Notes: generated by a model from the letters alone, not told the origin. 64,000 bases of DNA from Candidatus Babeliales bacterium (GCA_036260945.1 DATALT010000002.1:722638-786637); one strand, 5' to 3'; positions 18,316 through 27,470 are shown, numbered from the stretch's first letter. Numbers and translations: made by a program.

Positions 18316-19293
18316 ATGCCGCCGCAAGAACCGATTTTACGCGTCGCAAACCTCACGAAGGCGTTTATAACGCGCCCCTTTTTTGCGCACACAATATCTC
18401 AGGCGATCGCCGTGCGCGACGTTTCATTTGATATCCATAAAGGGGAAATCGTGGGCCTACTTGGGCCAAACGGTGCGGGAAAAACGACGACGCTTCAAAT
18501 GCTGATCGGAACCTTAAAGCCAACCTCTGGAACAATTCATTATTTTAATCAGGATTTTTTTCTCAACCGCTCCGAGCTTCTTCAGCGAATCGCTTTTGCC
18601 AGCGGCTCAATTAAACTGCCCATCACTATTTCCGTTGCACAAAATCTTGATATTTGTGCTCGTTTATATGGCCTTGCGCGAGCTGTACGAAAAAATCGCA
18701 TTGAGCAATTATTAACCACGTTTGGCATTTTTCAGTTAAAAGATCTTTCAACAGGTCAGCTTTCGGATGGGCAAATTTCTCGCGTCATGATAGCTAAAGC
18801 GTTTTTAGCACAACCAGAAATCGTATTTCTTGATGAAGCGACAGCCTCTCTAGATCCGGAGATTGCACTTACGGTACGCCAGTTCTTGCTTGAGGAAAAA
18901 AAAACACGTGGTACTGCGATGCTCTTTGCATCGCATAATATGGAAGAAGTTGCCTCATTGTGCGATCGAGTTCTTATTATGAATAATGGGATGCTGGTTG
19001 CTGATAGCAGTCCGCGTACACTAGCAAAAGAAGTTACCACGGTGAGAGTCCAATTTACTGGCGCTCACGATATACAGAAAATGGATCAGTTTTTGAATCG
19101 TCATGCGGTTGCGCATAGCATCGATAAAGAAAAAATTACGATTGAGCTCGATGAGCATTCAATTGCTCAACTATTGCAGCATTTTGCTCGAGAAGAGATC
19201 GTTTATTCCACTATTTCGATCGAGAAACCGACGCTGGAAGATTATTTTTTAAAAATCACAAATCCGCATAAAACCCTCAAGGAACTCGCATGA
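18316..19293 (+). CDS. ABC transporter ATP-binding protein (ABC-2 exporter type)
   Basis: Walker A GPNGAGKTT, signature LSDGQ, Walker B VFLDEATASLD, H-loop SHNM. The first ATG is 18316; the ORF-track start 18244 is an upstream alternative codon. Confidence 0.9.
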   Translation: MPPQEPILRVANLTKAFITRPFFAHTISQAIAVRDVSFDIHKGEIVGLLGPNGAGKTTTLQMLIGTLKPTSGTIHYFNQDFFLNRSELLQRIAFASGSIKLPITISVAQNLDICARLYGLARAVRKNRIEQLLTTFGIFQLKDLSTGQLSDGQISRVMIAKAFLAQPEIVFLDEATASLDPEIALTVRQFLLEEKKTRGTAMLFASHNMEEVASLCDRVLIMNNGMLVADSSPRTLAKEVTTVRVQFTGAHDIQKMDQFLNRHAVAHSIDKEKITIELDEHSIAQLLQHFAREEIVYSTISIEKPTLEDYFLKITNPHKTLKELA

Positions 19294-20078
19294 AATGGCA
19301 TCGCATCTGGGCGATGGTAGTTCGTTATATGCTTACTTGGATACGCAATCTCCACAATTTCTTGGATGATATTTTATGGCCTATTTTAGATATCATTCTT
19401 TGGGGAATGACAAGCATGTGGATGCAAGACCAGCAGCACGGATCGTTGTCTTCCAATATTCTGGTACTGTTAAGTTGCTTGGTGTTTTGGTACGTGGTGC
19501 AAAGGGCTCATGATGCGGTTTCTATGAACGCACTCGAAGAGCTTTGGGATAGAAACTTTATTAATTTATTTTCCACCCCCCTCACTATTTTTGAGTGGAT
19601 GACGGCGATCATCATTCTGAGTTTTTTTAGAATCTTTTATACACTTTTTATCTGCGTCGCGATGGTTTGGCTCCTTTATTCATGCAATGTTTTTTCTTCA
19701 GGGTTGATGCTTCTCCCCTTTTTGTTTTCGCTTCTTTTATCCGGCCTATTTATCGGTTTTTTCACCACCGCATTTATCATGTACTGGGGAAGAAAAGCGC
19801 TGTTCTTTTCGTGGACCGTTAGTTGGATTTTTTCACCATTCAGTTCAGTCTACTATCCACTTGAAACACTCCCAAAATGGGGCCAATATATTGGTAAACT
19901 AATGCCAATGACCTATGCATTTGAAGGGTTGCGCACGATCGTGACGCATCACTATTTTCCAATGGACTACCTTGTGATAAGCATCGTACTGAATATTATC
20001 TACGTTATTTTATCGATGATGTTCTTTGTTTTTATGTTTGAGCAATCCCGCATCAAGGGCTTTACCAGCCTTCAGTAA
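19290..20078 (+). CDS. ABC-2 type transporter permease
   Basis: 262 aa, 6 TM. ATGA overlap with the ATPase gene. Confidence 0.8.
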   Translation: MKWHRIWAMVVRYMLTWIRNLHNFLDDILWPILDIILWGMTSMWMQDQQHGSLSSNILVLLSCLVFWYVVQRAHDAVSMNALEELWDRNFINLFSTPLTIFEWMTAIIILSFFRIFYTLFICVAMVWLLYSCNVFSSGLMLLPFLFSLLLSGLFIGFFTTAFIMYWGRKALFFSWTVSWIFSPFSSVYYPLETLPKWGQYIGKLMPMTYAFEGLRTIVTHHYFPMDYLVISIVLNIIYVILSMMFFVFMFEQSRIKGFTSLQ

Positions 20079-20155
20079 AAAAGCGCAGCTCGACGAGTAA
20101 ATAGATCCATGATAAAGTAACAAAAAACTATTATTTATTCGCGGTAACGGGATTT

Positions 20156-21115
20156 ATGGGCAAAATTACTATTTTTTATAAATACGTCGATATCGAATAC
20201 CCAACAGCCATCATGAAATGGCAAAAAAAACTGTGCGTTGAACTTGGGCTCAAAGGCCGGATCTTAATTGCGCATGAAGGAATCAATGGCACGGTTGGCG
20301 GCACCGATGAAGGTATAGAACTTTATCAAAAAACGATGCTGGAACATCCACTATTTGGCGGCATTGATTTTAAAGATAGCGCTGGCGCCGCAGATTATTT
20401 CCCTCGTTTGCGCATTGCCGTCCGCCCAGAAATTGTGCATTTAGGCCTTGATACTAAAAAGTTCACCGCAAAAGACGCGGGAAAACATCTTTCTCCTCAG
20501 CAAGCTCACGAATTTATGGCGCATATGAATGAAGATACGATTGTCCTTGATACCAGAAACAGCTATGAGTGGAAAATCGGCCAATTCAAAACGATAAACA
20601 CCATCAACGCCCCTACTGAATATTTTAGGGAGTTTCCTGAATTTATCGATACGAACCTAGAAACATTTAAAGATAAAAAGATTTTAATGGCATGCACCTC
20701 GGGCGTACGCTGCGAGCGCGCATCAGCCTATTTAAAATCGAAAAATGTAGCCAAAGAAGTATATCAAATTAATGGCGGCATTCAGCGCTATACCGAACAA
20801 TTTCCTGACGGATTCTTCCGCGGAAAAAATTATGTGTTTGATGGACGCGTCACAGCAAAAATTAATGACGATTGCGTGGGCAATTGTGATCGCTGCAACG
20901 CACCTTATGATGAACCTATCAATTGCATCAACGCCGAATGTAATAAACAGGTAATCTTATGCGACAATTGCCAATCAACGTTAATAAATACCTGCAGCGA
21001 AATCTGTTCACAATTAGTACGTGAGCATAAAGTAAAAGTTCGCACTAAGCCATCACGAATTGGGCGCACGAATCAAAGCAATGAATCTGATCCAGCACAA
21101 TGTTCCATTAAATGA
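20156..21115 (+). CDS. trhO: Rhodanese-domain tRNA uridine(34) hydroxylase (UPF0176/YceA family)
   Basis: N-terminal IFYKYVDIEYP...GRILIAHEGINGTVGG, rhodanese active-site loop CTSGVRCE, C-terminal Cys-rich tail. Confidence 0.8.
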   Translation: MGKITIFYKYVDIEYPTAIMKWQKKLCVELGLKGRILIAHEGINGTVGGTDEGIELYQKTMLEHPLFGGIDFKDSAGAADYFPRLRIAVRPEIVHLGLDTKKFTAKDAGKHLSPQQAHEFMAHMNEDTIVLDTRNSYEWKIGQFKTINTINAPTEYFREFPEFIDTNLETFKDKKILMACTSGVRCERASAYLKSKNVAKEVYQINGGIQRYTEQFPDGFFRGKNYVFDGRVTAKINDDCVGNCDRCNAPYDEPINCINAECNKQVILCDNCQSTLINTCSEICSQLVREHKVKVRTKPSRIGRTNQSNESDPAQCSIK

Positions 21116-22019
21116 CAAAAACTGGTTTAAAACGGGCGGAGCTGCACGTTTTTTTATTGAGCCTGCAAACGCGCAAGACTTTCAATATGCGTGTGCCTTT
21201 GCACAGCAAAATAATTTGCCTATTTTCGTACTAGGTGAAGGCGCCAACGTATTAATTAGTGATGATGGCTTTGACGGTTTGGTAATTCGTCCATTTCTCA
21301 AACAAATTACTCACGAGATTATCGATGACAAAATAGCATTTGTTCATGCAGGAGCTGGCGTTACGATTAACGATTTGATTGAATATTGCTTGCAGCATAA
21401 TTTAAGTGCACTTGAAGAGTTCAGCGGCATTCCTGGCACCGTCGGCGGATCGGTCTATATTAATTTGCACTATTTTGAATTCTTACTTGATCAATTTTTA
21501 GTAAGGGCCGAAGTTATTGAGCGAGAAACGGGAATTATAAAAACAGTTTCTCCCGAGTGGTTCAATTTTGCGTACGATTTTTCTACGCTGCACGATGAAA
21601 AACATTATTTGGTCCATGCAACTTTTAAAACTAAACGTATTTCTGAACTTGAAACGGCGTATGCGCGCGGGCGCCGCACAGAAATTATGCGGCATCGCTT
21701 CAAACGGTATCCAATAGCTAATACCTGCGGCAGCTTTTTTAGAAATTTTTTGCCTCATGAAATTGAACCAGAAAAAACTGGAGTAAAACTGCCTTATATC
21801 GCTTATTATTTAGATAAAATCGGGGTAAAAGGAAAACTTTCTGTTGGTGATGCAATCGTTTCTCATCAACATGCAAACATGATCATCAACCGCGGCAACG
21901 CAACGAGCACCGATATTATTAATTTGGCGCAAAAAATGCAGGAATTGGTGCATAAAGAATTTAATTTGACGCCGCATGCTGAATGCAGATTAATTGGATT
22001 TAAAGATACATTAATATAG
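21081..22019 (+). CDS. murB: UDP-N-acetylenolpyruvoylglucosamine reductase
   Basis: FKTGGAARFF, FAD-binding GEGANVLISD, GIPGTVGGSVYIN, C-terminal MurB domain. The first ATG (21081) overlaps the trhO 3' end by 35 nt. Confidence 0.9.
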   Translation: MNLIQHNVPLNDKNWFKTGGAARFFIEPANAQDFQYACAFAQQNNLPIFVLGEGANVLISDDGFDGLVIRPFLKQITHEIIDDKIAFVHAGAGVTINDLIEYCLQHNLSALEEFSGIPGTVGGSVYINLHYFEFLLDQFLVRAEVIERETGIIKTVSPEWFNFAYDFSTLHDEKHYLVHATFKTKRISELETAYARGRRTEIMRHRFKRYPIANTCGSFFRNFLPHEIEPEKTGVKLPYIAYYLDKIGVKGKLSVGDAIVSHQHANMIINRGNATSTDIINLAQKMQELVHKEFNLTPHAECRLIGFKDTLI

Positions 22020-22027
22020 AAGAAATT

Positions 22028-22699
22028 ATGAATTATTTGTTACTTGTACTTTTTGCTATGAATGTGACTGCAATAAGCGCAAATCCAAGAATTTTTACTC
22101 TCGAGAAAAATGCAAAAAATATTCCCGTCTGCACCGAAGGGGATAAAATAATATTCGAAGAGGAAAAAAAATCCACTTATAGAGTTTCCACGATAGTACC
22201 CGAAACAGAAAAAAATTACGGAGTGATATATCTTCGCAATTGCAACTGGGAATCACAAAACCATAAAAAAATATTTTTCGCGAATGATGAACTTAAAGTT
22301 GTCCAGGCTGCTACCGGGCAAGATCTTTTCAATGCGCGACAACTTCAAATTAAAACTCGATATTATAATTTTCAAACATGTAAGTCAAAACCTATTGTCT
22401 ATCGGGGAGAGAAATGGTACCTGCTTGAAAAACCAGAATGGCATCCCTCCGGCTCCACGCTAAAATTGCGTCAACAAAATTTTTTTGCCGAAACAGGAAT
22501 CACACTTGCGACCATTCACACACTTAAATTTTCAGCAGAAAAAATCTGGAACAACTATACCACTGCCGAGTTTCCTGGCCCAGAAGAATATTACAGAAAA
22601 TATTATTGGGGGCGCATTGCTGCGGTTACAACTGCCAGCGTAGCTACAACTCTTGGCTGCGCTTATTTAGCTTATAAAAAATTCTGGGCAAAAAATTAA
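22028..22699 (+). CDS. Hypothetical exported protein with C-terminal Ala/Ser/Thr-rich TM anchor and basic tail
   Basis: 223 aa. Signal peptide MNYLLLVLFAMNVTAISA. C-terminus AAVTTASVATTLGCAYLAYKKFWAKN. Confidence 0.6.
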   Translation: MNYLLLVLFAMNVTAISANPRIFTLEKNAKNIPVCTEGDKIIFEEEKKSTYRVSTIVPETEKNYGVIYLRNCNWESQNHKKIFFANDELKVVQAATGQDLFNARQLQIKTRYYNFQTCKSKPIVYRGEKWYLLEKPEWHPSGSTLKLRQQNFFAETGITLATIHTLKFSAEKIWNNYTTAEFPGPEEYYRKYYWGRIAAVTTASVATTLGCAYLAYKKFWAKN

Positions 22700-22709
22700 A
22701 CATTTACCA

Positions 22710-23850
22710 ATGAAGCAATTTGGTTGGCTTTTCTTTTTTCTCATCAGCTCTTTGCTTAACTGCATGGAGAAAGACTTTCCCATAAACAAAAATATTTGGA
22801 AACACCAAATCAAATGCTCCGATGGCATCACCTTTCTGACCATGCAAGAACTATCTCGGTTTCAATCACTCAAACCGCAAGCCAAGATTGCACTTCCAAC
22901 AATTTCAGTTTTGGCAATAAATATACTTTCACGTCCCGAAGCATCTTTCCCTGGAATTATGTACGAAATAAAAAAACAAAAAGCTCTTACCTGGGATAAA
23001 CTTCTTCACCTTTATAAAGCTGCAGAGTATCTAAAAGTATGCGATGAAAAAAAACAATTATGCTTAGAATTATTGAAGCGGAAATCTTATTCGGTTCATA
23101 ATCTTTTGGAAATAGAAAAAGTTTCGGCGCAAAATCGCTCTATTACATTAGAAAATGGCACCCTTACGATTAAAACTGGTTACTTAAAAACACTCGAAGG
23201 CATCCAGGCTCTTGCAGACAAAAAAATTTCAGCGTATCAAAAAAGCGTTACACGTATTATCATTTGGTTATTACTCATGTCAAAAACCAATAAAATCTCT
23301 AGACGTTTCCGAAAACCGACTGAATAAATTAAACTTGGAACTCATTCTTGAAAATTTTCCTGAACTTACCTTCATTAAGAGCCACAGCAACAGTATATCT
23401 GAGGTCGTTTTTCCTGAGAATCCACCAAATCAGCATTGTTTAATTGATCTTCGCAAGAACCTTTTTTATAATTTTGATCTTAATACAAAAAATAACGATA
23501 AACTTGCCAAAAAAACGTTTTGGTCTCGATTGCACAGTAAATTGCCATCGCAAGAATCGGATCAATTTACATTAGGTTTATTCAGCGTTGGTCTTGCCGC
23601 TTCGGGGATCCATGCAATTATACCACTCGCCAAGCTTTTCCTCGGAATCGAACACTTTGAAAAAAGGGAGAACAAAAAGGCATGGCATAAACCAATACCC
23701 TTTTTATTTCCTATTTTAAGTTCGTACCCATTTGAAACTGCTGCTTTAAGTACGTTTCTGCTTTCGTGGGTTGCAGTTCTGGGAGCCTATGAATTGATTG
23801 CTCAACGCGCTAAAAACTCGCCTACATTTAACTTTGTGTATTTTGATTGA
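22710..23850 (+). pseudogene. Split gene: signal peptide + BTB/Skp1-like domain (ORF 22710..23327) and LRR + 2 TM (ORF 23212..23850), separated by a +1 frame change
   Basis: The two ORFs overlap by 116 nt. The downstream ORF has no ATG anywhere (the track start is TTG and there is no internal Met), and its frame opens only at 23188. Removing one A from the A7 run 23220-23226 fuses them (...LEGIQALADKK-FQRIKKALHV...). Confidence 0.5.
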
Positions 23851-23921
23851 AAAAATCTATGCAATAAATTAACCTGGGTACCTTTTTAAGATCACTATCG
23901 GATTGTACAAATTTTTTCAAT

Positions 23922-23949
23922 TTGACACGTAACGGTCAATTGGTATTCT
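23922..23949 (+). promoter_or_regulatory. Candidate sigma-70 promoter upstream of the kinase-like ORF
   Basis: TTGACA (23922-23927), 16-nt spacer, TATTCT (23944-23949). Pattern match only. Confidence 0.3.
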
Positions 23950-24019
23950 GGTTAAAATCTAATCATTTTCGCGTTTGCTGCGTTGTTACGTTTTTTACCA
24001 ATGAAATTTGATTCACGAT

Positions 24020-24907
24020 ATGGAGATCCTTGTGTTAAAAAAATCGGTGTTAATTACCTTACTTTTCCAGATAGCTACAAGTAACACCCTAAAAGCCGGA
24101 TTATTTGGACTGGAAAGCAATCCTCAAGCTCTCTTTGCCGCTACTGCTTTATGCGTTGCTGTTCCGACGATTTTATATAAAACCTGCTCCAATAAACCCC
24201 AAAAATCACGCGGTGAGCGTGAGCTCGAAAAATTTGTCGCCCATTTTAAAATTCCGGAAACGACAGATCTAACAACGTTAATAGATAAAGGCAATGATAT
24301 TGATCGCCTTATCAATGCCTATCGCGCACAGAGATTAATTGAGAATGAAAAGTTTAAGTATGTAGGTATACCCCTGAAATATGCAAAAAAGACATCCGAT
24401 GGACTTGTAGAGATCTTTGCACAAAAGATTACACCTAGTGACCAACAGGAAGAAAAATATTCGCTAGCTCAAGTGAAAGATTTTGCCTCATTTGTTGAAC
24501 TATCTGGATTGAGCGATTTCGGCGATAATGCTAATCAAAATATCATTTATGCCAATGATAAGCTTTATGTGATCGACACTGAAAACTCTTCATTTGAAGC
24601 TAATACCTATGGCTTTAAAGCAACTAATTTAAAGAGCTTAAAAATATTTTTTGGCAAAAGAATTTCAGATGACGCATCCCATTGGCTAGATGCTAAAATA
24701 GATGAATTGAAAACAACACATCAAGACTCGGGTATAGAATGCCCTACTATTGCAACTATGCCAGATCTTTATACAACTAGTTTTGATCTACAGCTTGTAA
24801 AAAAACAATTGCAGTTAAATAGAGCAGTTAAACAATATGGTCCAGAGTATGTGAAAATGAGAGCATTGTATAATGAATTGAGAAAAGACACAGAGACATT
24901 ATTATAA
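24020..24907 (+). CDS. Membrane-anchored hypothetical protein with protein-kinase-like catalytic-loop pattern
   Basis: Start ambiguous (TTG 24008, ATG 24020, or GTG 24032 preceded by GGAGA). N-terminal hydrophobic segments (aa 9-30 and 41-57 in ORF-track numbering). D173-NANQ-N178 followed by IIYANDKLYVID190-TE resembles HRD-type D-x4-N plus a DFG-equivalent (nt 24524-24583). Confidence 0.55.
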   Translation: MEILVLKKSVLITLLFQIATSNTLKAGLFGLESNPQALFAATALCVAVPTILYKTCSNKPQKSRGERELEKFVAHFKIPETTDLTTLIDKGNDIDRLINAYRAQRLIENEKFKYVGIPLKYAKKTSDGLVEIFAQKITPSDQQEEKYSLAQVKDFASFVELSGLSDFGDNANQNIIYANDKLYVIDTENSSFEANTYGFKATNLKSLKIFFGKRISDDASHWLDAKIDELKTTHQDSGIECPTIATMPDLYTTSFDLQLVKKQLQLNRAVKQYGPEYVKMRALYNELRKDTETLL

Positions 24908-24919
24908 ACGGTCTACAGC

Positions 24920-25594
24920 ATGAATAATGAATTTATCTTTATCATCCACTCTCTTATTATTAGCTTCTCAACTCTGTATGCGCTCCGCATAGGTAAAGAT
25001 GCACTTATCGCGCTCGTTGCGACGCTGAGCATTATTGCAAACTTGTTTGTCACCAAGCAAATTGCTCTGGGCGGATTTATTGTTACCGCTGCCGATGCCT
25101 ATACAATCGGTGCCGTTCTTTCGCTTAATATGCTCCAGGAATATTTTGGCAGCAAAACAGCAATTCGCGCAATATGGATAAGTTTTTTTATGATGTTTGT
25201 CGCAGCCATTGCCGGACAAATTCAGCTTTGGTATCTGCCAGCACTCTGCGATTCGATGCATCCTCATTTTCAGGCGCTTTTATGCAATAGCCCCCGCATT
25301 ATTGCTGCATCGCTCATTGCCTATTTAGCATCTCAGCATCTGGATCGAGCGATTTTTGCATGGCTCTCTAAGCAATTATCGGGAAATCTCATGATCGCCC
25401 GCTTTTGCAGCTCAACGATTATTGCCCAGCTGGTGGACACCCTTCTATTCACCTTTTTAGGGCTTTATGGCATAGTAGAATCTGTGTGGGACGTTGTCCT
25501 TATCAGCTATTTTATTAAACTATGCGCCGTAATACTTACCATTCCAGCTATCTGGCTATCGAGGTTTATAGGCCAAATGACCAATAGGCCATGA
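24920..25594 (+). CDS. yhhQ: Queuosine-precursor transporter (YhhQ/DUF165, VUT family)
   Basis: 224 aa, 6 TM, typical YhhQ-like helices (AQLVDTLLFTFLG). 4-nt overlap with tgt. Confidence 0.8.
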   Translation: MNNEFIFIIHSLIISFSTLYALRIGKDALIALVATLSIIANLFVTKQIALGGFIVTAADAYTIGAVLSLNMLQEYFGSKTAIRAIWISFFMMFVAAIAGQIQLWYLPALCDSMHPHFQALLCNSPRIIAASLIAYLASQHLDRAIFAWLSKQLSGNLMIARFCSSTIIAQLVDTLLFTFLGLYGIVESVWDVVLISYFIKLCAVILTIPAIWLSRFIGQMTNRP

Positions 25595-26724
25595 ATTTAC
25601 CGTTTAGATTTGAACTCATTCACCAATCAAAAAAATCACGTGCCCGCGTAGGAAGAATTCATACGCCGCATGGAGCAATTGATACTCCTAATTTTGTCGC
25701 CGTTGGCACCAACGCTACGCTCAAGGCTCTCGATAGCAAAACGGTGGATGATATTGGCCTTCAGCTGATGTTTTGCAATACCTATCACTTAATGCTCCAT
25801 CCTGGTACCGATACGGTTGCCAAGGCGGGCGGTTTGCATAAATTCATGAACCGTCGCCAGCCGCTCATTACCGATTCTGGCGGATTTCAAGTATTTAGTT
25901 TGGCATATGGCGGCGTAAAAGATGAGCTGAAAAGTAAGGGCCAAAAAAAATTAACCAATTCTGTGATTAAAATCGATGAAGAGGGCGTTCTCTTTCGCTC
26001 CTATCGGGACGGTGCTGCCGTTTTACTCACGCCCGAAACCTCGGTGCAAGCGCAAAAAGAGCTTGGGGCCGATATCATTATTCCTTTTGATGAATTGCCT
26101 CCCTATCATATTGATCCAACCGTTCTGAAAAAATCGCTCGCGCGTACCCATCGCTGGGAAAAACGATCTCTTGATTATCATCTTAAACACGCAAATAATC
26201 AGGCAATGTATGCAGTGATCCATGGCGGCATTAATCCGGAAATGCGCAAGGAAAGTGCCCAATATTTAACCAATTTAGCATTTGATGGCTTTGCTATCGG
26301 GGGTAGCTTAGGAAAATCCCGCATCGAAATGATTGAAATGCTGACACATCTCATGCCTGAAATTCCTGTTGATAAACCAAACCATTTGCTCGGGATTGGC
26401 GATCTACCTTCGCTTGAAGCTGCAGTCCCTTTAGGAATAGATACGTTTGATAGTTCTCATCCAACTAAATGCGCACGCCACGGATTATTGTTTACGTTTA
26501 ATGGCTTTGTAAAAATTGAAAAAAATGAAAATAAACAATCGTTTGAGCCGATTGATAAAAACTGCACCTGCTTAACGTGCACAACGTACACCCGTTCATA
26601 CGTACATCATCTTTTTAAAGCGCATGAAGTTACTGGCCATATTCTTGCCACCATTCATAATCTTCATTTCATGGTCCAACTTATGGCACAGTATCGACAA
26701 CGCATTCTTAACGACGAAATATAA
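25591..26724 (+). CDS. tgt: tRNA-guanine transglycosylase homolog (divergent active site)
   Basis: FELIHQSKKSRARVGRIHTPHGAIDTPNFVAVGT, TDSGGFQVF, Zn site C325-x-C327-xx-C330...HH. Pocket motifs deviate from the canonical bacterial form (see findings). Confidence 0.88.
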   Translation: MNLPFRFELIHQSKKSRARVGRIHTPHGAIDTPNFVAVGTNATLKALDSKTVDDIGLQLMFCNTYHLMLHPGTDTVAKAGGLHKFMNRRQPLITDSGGFQVFSLAYGGVKDELKSKGQKKLTNSVIKIDEEGVLFRSYRDGAAVLLTPETSVQAQKELGADIIIPFDELPPYHIDPTVLKKSLARTHRWEKRSLDYHLKHANNQAMYAVIHGGINPEMRKESAQYLTNLAFDGFAIGGSLGKSRIEMIEMLTHLMPEIPVDKPNHLLGIGDLPSLEAAVPLGIDTFDSSHPTKCARHGLLFTFNGFVKIEKNENKQSFEPIDKNCTCLTCTTYTRSYVHHLFKAHEVTGHILATIHNLHFMVQLMAQYRQRILNDEI

Positions 26725-26729
26725 AATCA

Positions 26730-27470
26730 ATGAGAGAAATTCTTTCTTTACAAAATGATCACATAAAAGATCTTGTTCGCCTCGCGCACGAGGCAAGCGA
26801 ACGCAAACATCAACAAAAATTTATCGCTGAAGGTATACGCACTGTTAGCACGCTTCTGAAAAGCAAAATGCATTTAGTGGAACTTATTTCAACGCATTTT
26901 ATGCTGATGCAAGCGCACGAAGTTGCGCCGGATGAAAAAATTACGGTCGTTTCCGACGCTGTACTGAACAAAATAAGCCCGAGCAGTTCACCGAGCGGCA
27001 TTTTGGGTGTTTTTGAGATTCCGCAACACGCGAAAAATGAACCACTAAGTTCAGGAATTGTATTGTCCGGCATTTCAGATCCTGGAAATATGGGCACCTT
27101 AATCCGCACCTGCGCAGCAATAGGGAAAAAAACAGTCGTGGTTCTTGAAGGGGTTGATCCTTTTAATCCGAAAGTAATTCAAGCGACTGCTGGCGCGATC
27201 GGATTAGTAAATATTTTCCAATGTACGTGGCCAGAATTTCTCACGCGCAAAAAAGATATGCAACTTTTTGGATTGGTAGTTCAAGACGGCAAACCGATGC
27301 ACAAATTAGCTGAAAATAGTTTATTAATGATAGGCAGTGAAGCGCATGGCATCCCAGAAGAATATTTATCTGCATGTGATGAACTTATCACTCTCTCAAT
27401 GCCGGGCGGAACTGAAAGTTTAAATGCTGCCATTGCAGGTTCGATTGCGATGTACCTTGGATTTTTATAA
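26730..27470 (+). CDS. SpoU/TrmH-family RNA 2'-O-methyltransferase
   Basis: 246 aa. N-terminal substrate-binding region plus SPOUT motifs (GISDPGNMGTLIRT, IGSEAHGI, SLNAAIAGSI). Confidence 0.85.
   Translation: MREILSLQNDHIKDLVRLAHEASERKHQQKFIAEGIRTVSTLLKSKMHLVELISTHFMLMQAHEVAPDEKITVVSDAVLNKISPSSSPSGILGVFEIPQHAKNEPLSSGIVLSGISDPGNMGTLIRTCAAIGKKTVVVLEGVDPFNPKVIQATAGAIGLVNIFQCTWPEFLTRKKDMQLFGLVVQDGKPMHKLAENSLLMIGSEAHGIPEEYLSACDELITLSMPGGTESLNAAIAGSIAMYLGFL

Noticed and set aside
24908-24919. Looked for a preQ1 riboswitch upstream of yhhQ
   Set aside because: Only 12 nt separate the preceding stop from the yhhQ ATG, leaving no room for an aptamer. Nothing resembling the preQ1-I hairpin plus A-rich tail is present further upstream inside the coding sequence.
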